NCBI GenBank assembly: GCA_043228905.1
Contig: JBHGNT010000011.1
Coordinates: forward strand, 5,580,001 to 5,644,000
DNA: 64,000 bases
Source of the DNA: Azolla caroliniana
Taxonomy: Eukaryota > Plantae > Polypodiophyta
Direction: 5' to 3'
Shown here: positions 1 through 11,949 of the stretch, one piece after another
How positions within the stretch are numbered: the stretch's first letter is position 1
Layout: each line of letters begins with the position of its first letter
Program-made: the position numbers and the translations under genes
The notes under the pieces: generated by a model
Told to the model about the DNA's origin: nothing
Seen by the model: the letters and a program-made list of their open reading frames with translations, nothing else
Database searches by the model: none

Positions 1-207
1 AGAGAGAGAGGGTTGGGAAAGGGCGGGGAGAGTTAGGGTTTGGGGGCGCCGTCAGGCAACTGACTGACGGACGGACGGACTGACTGACGGCCTTCTTTCC
101 TCCGCCGTCCGATCCTTGCCTTGCGTGGCCTCATCTTCACCGTCCGATCTCTAAGTTCTAACCAAGAGGGGAGTAGGGAACAATGAATGAATGAAAATGA
201 GAGAGAT

Positions 208-210
<3 letters not shown>

Positions 211-252
<42 letters not shown>
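211..252. repeat. (AG)n microsatellite
   Basis: Uninterrupted AG run leading into the 88-bp array. Confidence 0.95.
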
Positions 253-256
<4 letters not shown>

Positions 257-766
257 AGAAGAAGAGTCTTGCCCAGATGGATGTAGCTCATTTGGTAAGG
301 TTGGCCAATGGAGACCAGGTGGTTATGGGTTTAACCAGAGAGAGAGAAGAAGAGTCTTGTCCAGGTGGATGTAGCCCAGTCAGTAAGGTTGGTCAATGGA
401 GACCAGGTGGTTATGGGTTTAACTAGAGAGAGAGAAGAAGAGTCTTGCCCAGATGGATGTAGCTTAGTCGGTAAGGTTGGCCAATGGAGACCAAGTGGTT
501 ATGGTTTTAACCAGAGAGAGAGAAGAAGAGTCTTGCCCAGATGGATGTAGCTTAGTCGGTAAGGTTGGCCAATGGAGACCAGTGGTTATGGTTTTAACCA
601 GAGAGAGAGAAGAAGAGTCTTGCCTAGATGGATGTAGCTTAGTTGGTAAGGTTGGCCAATGGAGACCATGTGGTTATGGTTTTAACCAGAGAGAGAGAAG
701 AAGAGTCTTGCCTAGATGGATGTAGCTTAGTGGGTAAGGTTGGCCAATGGAGACCAGGTGGTTATG
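249..766 (+). repeat. Tandem array of six ~88-bp units, each with a tRNA/SINE-like head plus a short (AG)n
   Basis: GAGTCTT anchor recurs at 264, 352, 440, 528, 615, 703; unit has A-box-like TAGCTCATTTGG and decayed B-box-like GGGTTTAACC. Confidence 0.9.
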
Positions 767-3479
767 CCATTAGTTTTTTATTTTGCAATGCTGAGATGCA
801 AATGACAATTCACGTAGGCCAAGCAAACCATCTCAATTCTCACAATTCCTACTTTGTTAACTACTTGTTTCTTCTATGACATTATGTTATGCATATTCGT
901 ATGTGTAGAGCCACACCCCCAAACATTTCACTAGAGTGGTTCCTTCTCTTTAAATTTCACAAAAAGATTGTCCTTTATATATCGAGATATCGTTAAGGTG
1001 TATAAGCTAGAGCCACATGCAAGCAGAAGCCTTTTATACTTTAATGTTGCTTGAATGTTGCGGTTTGATATTTATCAAGGACAACATGTTCATTACAATG
1101 TTGCCAACCCATATCATTGTAAACATTGTCACCCTTTTAGATATAAAATAGTTTCGCGCGCTTCGAAACCTATGCTTACAATAAAGCTGCATTTAAATTG
1201 TATGGCCAAGCTCATTTTCAACCAAAGGGGATTGACTAGCTCTATATGGTATGGCGATTGGGAAAAGGTACATTAAGGATCAACCATGGGGTAGTGATTG
1301 CAAGTTATTATTATTCAAGTTCAAGCTTTACCAATACTTTAAAGTAAACTACTTTTGAATTGTATAGACATTTTATTTGTCAATGTAATCTCTAGTTCTC
1401 ATCCTCGAAAAAGAGGGAGATCACTTTTGAAAGAGTATCCTTTTTTGAGATATGTTTTCGCATGGTTTTTTATATTGTAGCTCTCAAACACATGAAATTT
1501 TAACCTCATTAATTGACAATTCAAGGTGAAGGGGCTTTTCTACAGACGATTGGTTTGACCTCTCGTTGGTAGCGCACTTGCATATGATGCCAACTGCGGT
1601 TTTGTTGCCCCATTCATTCAATGGTCACAATATATTCAAATAGTTTGTACATGGTCCCTAGCTTTTCTCATGGGAAATCTGGTGTTTGGTTCTCGAGTAA
1701 ATTATTAGGTTTGTATAGTTCAGAGCACATAAGTTTTGGTCAAAGAGCTTGACTTGGAATCGTACTTGAATTACAAGTTGGTTAAGGATTGGAAGCTACT
1801 CGATGTGCTCAAACTAGGTCTACATTCATGATTCTTTATGGGCAAGTGATACATGCAAAAGGAACTTCTAGGACGTGTACTAATTTATTTCTTTCCCCCA
1901 ACTCTAGCTATTATAATTCCTCTCCCCAACTCTAAGTTCTAACAATACATCATGGCAATTGCTCTTTAGATGAACAACTTAGATAAATTATCGGCTCCCT
2001 CCTAGATAAAATCACTTCCATGCGAAACTTCAGTCTTTGTTCTTGACTTCAAAATCTAAGCTAAAACATCCACATCATTGTCACTTTTAGTAAGAGGAAA
2101 TTTTCGAGACACTTTGTTGGCGGTGTTGGTCAACTAAAAATGATGAGTATTTTAAGCCTTTCAATAGAATATCCACCCAAACCATATGATAACATATTTA
2201 TTTCCTTTGAATGTCCTTGGTATCTAATAACTATGATGCTTTTGGAATTATTGCTTACAAAACATCATATAAAGTTACTAGTTTCCGATTTATGCTAAAC
2301 TCAAAACAACCTTCTTTGGGGACACATTTGACCACAACATAATAGAGCCAAGAGGTAAATATTGTCGTTGAATCGGTTTCCATTTTATGTAGGAATATGT
2401 GAAACCTTCACTTAAATTATTTTCTTCGTGCCCATCCAATGAAGGGCATTCCCTAACTCATTTATTTTGAAGCCCTCCTAATCAGACAAAGTTAATACAT
2501 CCTCTCGTTCATACAAAGTTTGTAGAGCAAAGTTCTCTCTAACCTTCTTCTTTCTTTCTTTCTTTTTCCAAAATGAAGCTACTTTCCCATTAGTTAGGAA
2601 AGATTATTACATAGAGAGTCTACAAGGAGACTTATACACACATCGGGGAGTCTTCCTCCGATCAAGTAAAAGAAGATGAGCCTACTTACAATGCCTTGTG
2701 GCCTAACTTAAATGTAAGAAGCTACCTATTTTCTTGAAAGTTCACTTCAAGAACACTATCGTTTCTAGGGCAAAAGAAATATCGCACGCTAAACCACAAG
2801 GTGAATTGTTTGTCTTTAGCATTTACTATCTAAATGAATACATACACGATATACGATGTATGTATGCGTGCATGCATGCATAGTTTGTATATGGACACAT
2901 TTATTATGTGTTGCCAACATAGCTTGCACGTTCTACCAACAAATTAATTGCTAAGTTTTGGAGGATTACATATTTTTAATGGATTTCCAAATATGTCTAA
3001 AGGTAAGGCGGTAAACCACAAAATTTAAAGTTTGAATGTCAACCTAGAAAGTCCATTATCGAATGTACACATAATAAGTATGTAACAATGTCTCTTATCC
3101 ACAATCATGGATAATACAATTCTTTCCCCAAATCACAACTTCTAAATGTTCACTTTTCACAACCCTTTGGGTTGAAAACAATGCAAATTTCTTCCTTACT
3201 AGTACATATTCCTCAGCTCTATTGGTTTCTACATTTTTCAATTATTGTTAGCCTATCTTTCTACTCAACTTAATATTTATTCTCCTATGCCTTTCCATGT
3301 CCCTACCTTCATCATTAAGTCTACTATAGAAAACACTCTTAAAAACATTCAACTTCCCGCCATTAGAAGGTTGTAGATATTGACAATCACATTAGAAATG
3401 TTTGGTTACTAATGCTATTGGAAGTGTGTTGCAATGCCTAATAGGTCTTTCTCACAATCGAGTCACAATTATATTGTAT

Positions 3480-3655
3480 GTCTTCCATTAATTTGTGTAT
3501 ATTATAGTCAAGGGATATCCAAGAACAATGGAGAAGATAACAATATTACACTGAACCTCCCTTATAAATGTATATCTTCCATTAATTCGTGCATATTATA
3601 GTTAAGGGATATCCAAGAACAAGAGAGAATATATCACTATTAGACTCAACCTCCC
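3480..3655. repeat. Degenerate local duplication (two copies, ~95 bp spacing)
   Basis: TCTTCCATTAATT...TATTATAGT-AAGGGATATCCAAGAACAA occurs twice. Confidence 0.7.
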
Positions 3656-3877
3656 TGCTTAGTTTAATCGTGTATTGTAATACTAATAGCTTGCTATAAA
3701 AGCTTTTCTTTTAAACGCCTGCCATGAGCGTGCCAAAATTATTCAATAATGCAAAAGTGTTAAAAGTGCAAATATGCTAAAAGTTTACTAGTTCTGAAGT
3801 AATCCATGTGCAAGTGTCACCTAGAGATAGGGCATCCCTGATGTTAGGGATTTCACCTAGAGCAAGAGAGATTCCAT

Positions 3878-4420
3878 GGGGCGCCCTTCCTAGGGTAAGA
3901 ATAGGTGCATGCTAAAAGAGAAGGCAATGATGCAAAATTCCATAAAAAGACGAGAACTTATTGACTTGGGGATTTGGAGAGAAATGCCAAGGTTAGGTGC
4001 CCTTCCTAGGATAAGAATAGGTGCATGCTAAAAGAAAAGGCAAGGATACAAAATTCTCTAAAATGGCAAGAACTTATCGAGTAGGGGGATTTAGGAGAAG
4101 GCTTTAACGATGGATGAAATGAAATGAGACAATGATTCAAGAGGGTACGTTGGTGGGCTACGATTACACAAGTTGACGACCATTTGGGCAGCATTAGGCA
4201 CCCTTGCTAGGATCAGAATAGTTGCATGTTAAAAGAAAAAGTAAGGATACATGGTTAAAGATGAACTACTATTTTTATCTAATAAGGAACTCCAAAATGC
4301 TATAAATGGTGCAAGAAAGCTCATTGACAATATGGGATTGAAGAGGGAGACTCAAGCTATGACGATGAATGAAAGAAAATGGGACAACGATTCAAGAGGG
4401 TCTGTTGGTGGGCTATGACG
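3878..4420. repeat. Degenerate tandem repeat, about 3 copies
   Basis: CCCTT(C/G)CTAGG..AGAATAG.TGCATG.TAAAAGA near 3885, 4000 and 4200; GACAA.GATTCAAGAGGGT..GTTGGTGGGCTA twice. Confidence 0.7.
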
Positions 4421-7325
4421 ACAAAAGACAAGGTGGCCATCAATCAATACCTCGTTCACAAAACTCATAATCTTCTTCTTACATTCCCATTTAACAGGAT
4501 GATCACTATTTTCAAAAGCGATTTGTATTTTGAACTCTTGTTCTCTTAGATTAATGTGATTTGTTAAGGATGTTTCCCATTTTTTTGTATTAAAGTGTGA
4601 TTGAAGTAATTGTGTGGCTCATGATCAAACAAGATCCGCTACAGAATTTTTCACCTACAATTACCAACACAGAGGGGTAATCTACACGATAAATTGTCTT
4701 AGTTCCATGGGAGGCAAGCTTTCTATCTGCTCATTGAAGTGTTCAACATTTTATGTCTTGAACGAATTGCAGTGAAATTTCAAGATTGCAAAGTAGATTT
4801 CATGGTAAAAAGTTATGTTCGGAAGATTATCTTTTGCAAATGATGGGAGTTGAACCCACAACATCAACTTTTGAGAAACTTGACATCTCGCAAACTGGGC
4901 GGCATTCACATTTTAAGGGAGAAAGGAACAATGAGGTCAAATTGTTTGCATCCGACATAGAAGACTAGAACCCTCAAGGTTATTCCTTGAAGCCTTGACT
5001 ACACAAGCTTTCAATAATTATGTGTTCCCATTAATGTGAGCACTTGAGCTCAAACCACAAGCTTTGTTCTTCTACCACATGGGAACCCACACCACCAATC
5101 CATGATTAAGTGAAGGGTCAAGCACCCAACCCTTGGTTGGGCTTCAATCATCGACAACAGCCTTCTCCAAGAAGAATATTGGCTCACGTCTCTTACCTTT
5201 GTGGAGCACCTAACTCCCAAGACATGAGAACTCATACTAGATCTTTGAATGCATGAAGCTTGATTACTCGACTACCCTCCTCGAGGAGGGCAAGCATTCA
5301 ACATCTTAGGGTCAAACGATACGCTGATCTTAATCCTTGAGGGTGTTCGAGCTCATTCATTCCCCCTTTTGAGGGCCTCCTACGCAAGCCTTGAGCTTTA
5401 TCCTCCTCGATTTGAGGGTTGGGCCCCAAGTTTTACTTTCACATTATAAGAACATATATATGCACCCATATTTCCCAGTTAAACAAACATCCATACCCAG
5501 ATTTTACACATTTTATATTTACTTAGACATATATTACGGGCATGACCATATAATATCCCGTGGTGAGAATTTATCATAGTATTCTATACACGTGGATAAG
5601 TGTGAGGGTTAAATGAGAGTGTAAAGAAGGGGAAGATTACTTTTAATCCTCGGGATTGAGACAACCCATTAGGCCAAGTGTGAACTTGCTTGGGGGCCTT
5701 GGGTCTTGTTATGAATATGAGGCCTAACTATCCTCATTTCATCATCTCTTGACTATGTCGAGACTCTATTCTTGTGGTGGGTCAACTCTTGTAGCGAGCG
5801 CGCTAGCACCAGGTACGACTCGACGTCATGGTGGTGTTATGGGACGCCGATTGAGGCTCAAGTCTGTCTCGATCCCTTCGCTCGAGGGTGGTCGGGTAGA
5901 TTGCCACCCTTCTCTCTCTCTCTCTCTCCTTTCTTATTTCATATATATTATATCCTTATTATATGCTTACATTAGATCATAACTCTAACAACATACATAC
6001 ATATTTATGCACAAACACTTACTCACATGTACTCCCCCAACATAAAACAATTTACTTATACTTATTCATATTTACGTACACACATTCAATTACATCTTTC
6101 CCTTTGACATATTTATGACTTTCCCATGCACGCGAACATACTTTAAACAACTCATACCCATTTTCCCATTTCACTCATACCCACACACTATCACACCATT
6201 TTGACCATTTTCTCTCACTACCCCATTTTCAATAACTATAAACAGACTAATTTACAACCTTTGTATACATACACGTGACATACATATTCCCATAGTTAGC
6301 ACATTTACATGAAAATATAAACCCTTCGCTACATGTACAACAATACATACAAGTACATTGAAACAAGTATACACTAATTCACATAAACCTTTGTATACAT
6401 ACACATACATATACTCATAATTAGCAGTGAGCAACACATTTACATGACCCTTAGCTACATATACACCTATATGTACACCTACATTGAAACAATTACTTAT
6501 TTACTCATCTTGACAAACACACACTCATTTACATAGATATATTTATGAATTTACATACATGACTTTGGCACATATTTCCTCATTTAGGCACACACTTACA
6601 TACATCTACATAATTAGATAGGCATAGAAAAATACAAGCATCTTACACATTCTCATAAACCCATACACATACTTATTCACAACGGCATGTTTATGAATAT
6701 ACGTGTATTTATTTGTGTATTTTAGTAATGTTGGAAGAAGTGTACATGAACGGAACCCACACAAAAAATGCACAAAGTGCACGCCAATAAAAGGGCCTAC
6801 ATCCTATAAGAAGAAATAGCCCTCTTTACAACAATCATTCTCCATGACTTCTTGCTCGGCAATTCCATCACTCTTTGCTTCAAGGGCTTGTGCGATATTT
6901 CCACAATAGCATTGGTTCCAAATGTCGGATTGATGCACATGACTCAATACGCATCACACATGCAAACAAAACATAATGCAAGTGTGGAGTTGAGTGAAAT
7001 AATGCTTGGAAGAAGAGAGGACAGAAAACATAAATTTGTGGTGACTTACACACATGTTCACCTTCCAATGAGGGAAGGGCTACATTTATAATTATTGGAA
7101 ATTGGAAGCCTTTCCACTCACTCCGAGTAGCCAGCCTTTCTCATCAAAGGAAAGGCTATACCCACGGTCGTCCAAGGGTTTAGGGTTCCATGGAAAACCC
7201 TAAACCCTAAACGTTCGATCGTAGCTTTTAACTCTGCGCCGCCATCGCCATCGCCATCGCCATCGCCATCGCCTTCGCCTGCTGCTACCATCTCTCTGTC
7301 TATCTCTGTCTGTCTGTCTGTTCTC

Positions 7326-7356
<31 letters not shown>

Positions 7357-7609
7357 GACCTTCTCCCCTTCCTTCACCTTCCACACTTTCTCTTCCCCAC
7401 TTTGCTTTCCTTCCTTTCCTCCCTTTCTCTCAACTTAAAACTCATTCCCTTTATTTTCCTAAATACCCCTACCTACCAATGTTTTAAAATCTACATATAC
7501 TTTCTTACGGAACACACACTTACCTAATCCAAATAACACGTCCTTGAAAGAGTACAAAGCCCCCAAAGACAACAACACTTAGGAATCTCGTTCCAAGGCA
7601 CGAAGACCA

Positions 7610-8450
7610 TGGAGCCAAATTGACCAACGAGTGGGTATATACATAAACTAAAGAGGAATGAATTATTATAGGTTCTATGGCTAGGAATAAAGCAAGGCTT
7701 GTGGCACAATGATTCCTCAATCCAATGGAGTTGACTATGAAGAAACATTCAACCGTGTTGCAAAAATGACCACAATTAAGGGAATCATTAGAGTGGCCAC
7801 ATCTTTAAGAATGCTTTTTCCATTGCTAACCAATGTGAAGCAGTGTTTTTTTTTGGAAAAAAAAAAGAATGCTTTTTCTGAATGACGACGTGCTTGGACA
7901 TGACTCAACCATTATGGTTTGAAAACCCTCAACATTCAAATTTTGTTTGTAAACTTAGGGAAGCATTGCTTGGTTTAAAGCAAGATCCTAAGGCATGGAA
8001 TCAAAGGCTTGTGGAGTATTAGTGTAGGTGTGAATACAAACCAAGTGATGTAGATCCTTCTCTATACCTAAAGAGGGAAGGAGAACCAGTTGTCTGCATA
8101 TGCATATATGTGGACGACTTGATAATAACAAGAAGTGATAAAGTAGGTATCAAATGGATGAAGACCAAGTAAGGAATTGAATTCAAGATTTCCGATCTTG
8201 GAGTCAAAGCTATTTATGTAGAAGACATTGTATACCTGGCTCAAAGAAAATATTTATTAGATGTACTCTATAAATATGGTATGAGTGGATGTAAGCCATT
8301 CACACAACAACCTATGGATCCAAACACAAAGCTATGTGCAAATGAAGGGAAACCCCTTGAAGATATTCTATCAAGCATAATTGGAAACTGTAATTATGCT
8401 ACTATCACATGATGTGATTTGAGTTATGTTATAGGAGTTTTCTAGCACTT
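7610..8450 (+). pseudogene. Highly degenerate Ty1/copia reverse transcriptase fragment
   Basis: Manual translation gives KARLVAQ, GVDYEETF, AKMTTI and CIYVDDLIIT motifs with stops and frameshifts. Confidence 0.85.
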
Positions 8451-8775
8451 TTTCAAGTAGTAGTTTTTATTAATAGGATACATAATCAATCACTAGATAG
8501 GATATCCTATCAAGCTTTCGAGGCATCTCGATTACTCTATGAGTTTGGAGATACTAGCTCTTGGTATAGTACTATGGTAAGTTGGATTTTCCTAAATGGC
8601 CTAGACATTAATAACCTATGTCCTCTTAAGTACGACCACGAGACCAATAAAAATTTCATCTCTCATTAAGATCGTAACAAAGTGATATGCCAAGAAATAT
8701 GGCAAATTTATACTTGACATGAGTGAGTCAACCCATTAGAACCACTCGCATATAAAATGTTGTACTATAAGTAAT

Positions 8776-8985
8776 GATCGACAATGGTTCGGTTCGGTTC
8801 AAAAGTCTCAAACGCAAACCGGTTTAAACCAAACCTTTAAGAAAAAATTGAAACTTAAACTGAACTACGAAACCATTTAAACCGAAACCCTTAAAAGAAA
8901 ACAAGCTTAAATCAAACCGCTATGGAGATTTATAAACCGGTAAGCCGTTAAACTGCAGTTTCACGGTTCGGTTTTGGTTTTAGTG
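8776..8985. mobile_element. AAACCG/CGGTT-rich non-autonomous DNA-transposon-like remnant
   Basis: Dense GGTTC/AAACCG motifs; resembles the reverse complement of 28780-28985. No TSD found. Confidence 0.5.
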
Positions 8986-9378
8986 TAAAACACATTCTTG
9001 ATGATTTTTCAAAGATACACTTAAAATCATATTGTTAATATTTTTCACAAGATTTTCTTGTAAAAACTTCAATTACATGGGAGACAAGTTCGAAATTCAT
9101 ACCATTTTGAATTTTCACATTGGTATAGATGTTTAAATTAAAATAAGATGTATATTTCAAGGATTAAAAATAATCTTGTAATTTTACAATGTAAGCTTAT
9201 GGGGGTAGATTTCTTCACTGGAACAATTTTCATCTATTTTAGAAGCTCATAAAAAACATTCCCAAACCAAATCCAAAAATCGCATTGGTGTTTGTAAAAG
9301 AAAGCTAGATGTTGGTGACGAACCCTAGGGTGTAAGCTATCGGTTCCAAAATCTGGTGAATTTGTTGACTACCAACTA

Positions 9379-10290
9379 TGTAAATATAGCTGTGGAAGCT
9401 TGTAGACAAAGCCGGCTTCACCAGATAGCAATAGTAAACAAACACAGGTTTAATGGAGAGCTTGGAACATACAATGTACACGGGAAAGACAGAGAGAGCA
9501 GAACAACATAAACTCAATTTCAAAAAGACTTTGTACATACAATGTGCTCAGTGAGCACTTTTATACAAGTCCATAAAAGGACTGACAGAAGTACTAACAA
9601 GTACTTCAATGCTCATATGAGCGACTAACACTAACTCCAAGAAATATGCCTACGTACTAGGCTAGGATCGTAGGCCTCTAACGGCCTACTAGTTACAATC
9701 CATCGTTCTCTTGCTTTCGGATACCGATTCGACTCTGACTTAATCAGCCGATCTGGATCTGGTTGAGCTTGTCTACTCAACACTCCCCTTCAAGCTCAAC
9801 TTGAGGTCGGATCGTGGTGTCAGTGTTCACCGGTCCTTTTCCTCGGTTCCGCTTGGTGTCCTCTTGCCTTGCTTGCGCTCCTCGTCCCGTCCCCTCTGGT
9901 CCCACTTCCCATGACCCGTCCGGTTTCGTGCTCCTCGACCTTCTCGGTAGCTTGTCTACTCATAAGGGTTGATTCGGCTCCTCCGAATCGAACACCTCTT
10001 CCGAATCAGGTGCCTCCAATTCGTTCCAACTCTTGTCCGAATTGGTTGTCTCCAATTCGTCGTCAATCTTTAGGCCCTTTACGACATCAAACCATGTTTA
10101 GGTCTTGGCCTTCTTCTTCCGGTCAACTTTGTCCTTCTTCACTCTGCCAGCATCGCCACTTCTTCAGTTGACTCGGCTTTCTTTTTCTTATTGTCTCCCC
10201 ATGTTTTAGTTGTTTCCTTCTCTTAGGCTGATTGTCCGGTGCATTTGCCTATTTTCCTAGTTTTCGTTCCCATTTTGGTTTCCTCCTATG
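9379..10290 (-). mobile_element. Truncated copia: 3' LTR (9379-9782), PPT and 3' internal region; related to the 11950-17635 element
   Basis: Minus strand reads CCTCAAGTTGAGCTTGAAGGGGAG-TGTTGAGTAGACAAGCTCAAC, matching 17220-17263; LTR ends ...TTTACA. Confidence 0.88.
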
Positions 10291-10345
10291 AGGAATAGTA
10301 CTAAGACAGAGAGTGAATTAGTACTAAGAGGAAAAGAGGGTGTAG

Positions 10346-10349
<4 letters not shown>

Positions 10350-10388
<39 letters not shown>
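10350..10388. repeat. (AG)n tract abutting the LINE 3' end
   Basis: AG run directly adjacent to the LINE 3' UTR. Confidence 0.9.
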
Positions 10389-10392
<4 letters not shown>

Positions 10393-11949
10393 ATTATCGT
10401 CTTCGGAGGTCAAATATGACCTATGAGACAAAAAATGTTACATTTCACATGATACATGTGAAAGTGAGTAGTGACTCTCGATGTTCAAGAACTTTACCAA
10501 TGAATGTTGCAATCGCGAGTGCACATTGTGGTTGTAAGAGGAATTCATGCAAGGATTGGGCTTGGTCGAAAAGATGTGGAAAGCATGGTTGAATATGATC
10601 AAAGGCAGAGCATTGTATCAAAGTGTGATACTCAGACTTGCGAACTTGTTTAGGGCAAAGTGTGCATAGCCGACCACTCTTATCACTTGTGCCCCAACGC
10701 CCTATTTCACATCGCAATGCATGTGAGCTAAGTCACATGGAAGCAATGGTTCAAATGGCAGATAATGGTATGGGCTCTAACATGTATCGATGTGTATGAT
10801 TTCCCCGTTCCACAAAGAATATGGTTTTGTAGTTAGGTGCAACATGTGTAGTATAATGTGTGAAGCGTGAGCCTCCACATTTGTCCCATGTCATGATACA
10901 TTGGAGTTGCAAAAAGGCCTCATTTACAGAGGAATCTAATGATGCATCATGAAGCAAGTGTCTCGCATCCCATCTACCAAACCATTTTTCTATATCTTGC
11001 ATCCAATTGGAACACAAAATTTTGCTTTTATGCATCTTTTGAATCTTTTTGCTTGCTTCCCACACAATTCTAGGAAGTCGATGTGAGGGACTTTTTTGAA
11101 CCTTAAGCATGTATTGAACAACCCTTTCCATGGCCAAGATCTCAATGGGAAGCGATCCTGTCTTAAGGAGGAGGAGGGTGTAGGGCGTTTGTTTCTTAAC
11201 TTGTAGAAACTTTGTAAGAAAATGTTTTTGGACATTTTCAAACTCTTTCCAAATAGAGTTAGGGATGCTACCACCCCATACTTCCACCCCATAGAGAAGA
11301 ACCGGTGTCACCAAAGTGTCGAAAAGATATTTCTTGAGAACCCAACACTTAATATCTCCAAGATTGCATGTGTTCTCAAATGCATAGTATGCTCGCTTAC
11401 CCGCCTCTAAGCGGCGTGTAGCACATTCATTCCATCTATGATTTGAAGGAACTTCAAGGCCAAGATATTTGAAGCTTTCCACACATTCAAGTGGCTCATT
11501 TTTGTACATAATGCATGGTTTATCTCTTTTTTGGCTCTTCACAAGCATAATCTTTGTTTTAGAGCTATTGACACTTAATTTAGAATGCATGCAAATTTTT
11601 TCCAATGCCATCATAAGCTTTTGTGCATCTCCTAAAGTATTTGCAAAAAGCACTACATCATATGCATATAGAAAAGCATAATCACAACATTCCCAATGGC
11701 AACTTCTTCAACACATTCTTCCTTTGCAAACTTGGTAACCATTTCCAATTCATCAATGCATAGACCAAATAGTGTTGGTGAGAGTGGGCATCCTTGCTTA
11801 ACACCAATAGTGCTTTTGAAAAAATCTGAAAGTTTATCTCTCATGCGCACACAACATATAACCTTCTCATAAATTCAGGATATTGCAAACATATATTCAC
11901 TTGGCACCTCAAGTTCTTCCATTCGCCTCCAAAGATGCTCACGAGGTAC

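Noticed and set aside
249-766. CRISPR array or real tRNA genes; ORFs 187-879
   Set aside because: Whole units repeat with no unique spacers, no cas genes, eukaryotic context; acceptor stems absent; ORFs are repeat translations.
4840-4890. Minus-strand B-box-like GGTTCAACTCC
   Set aside because: No convincing A-box or cloverleaf.
5707-5990. Solo LTR (TGTTA..TAACA)
   Set aside because: No TSD and no second copy in the window.
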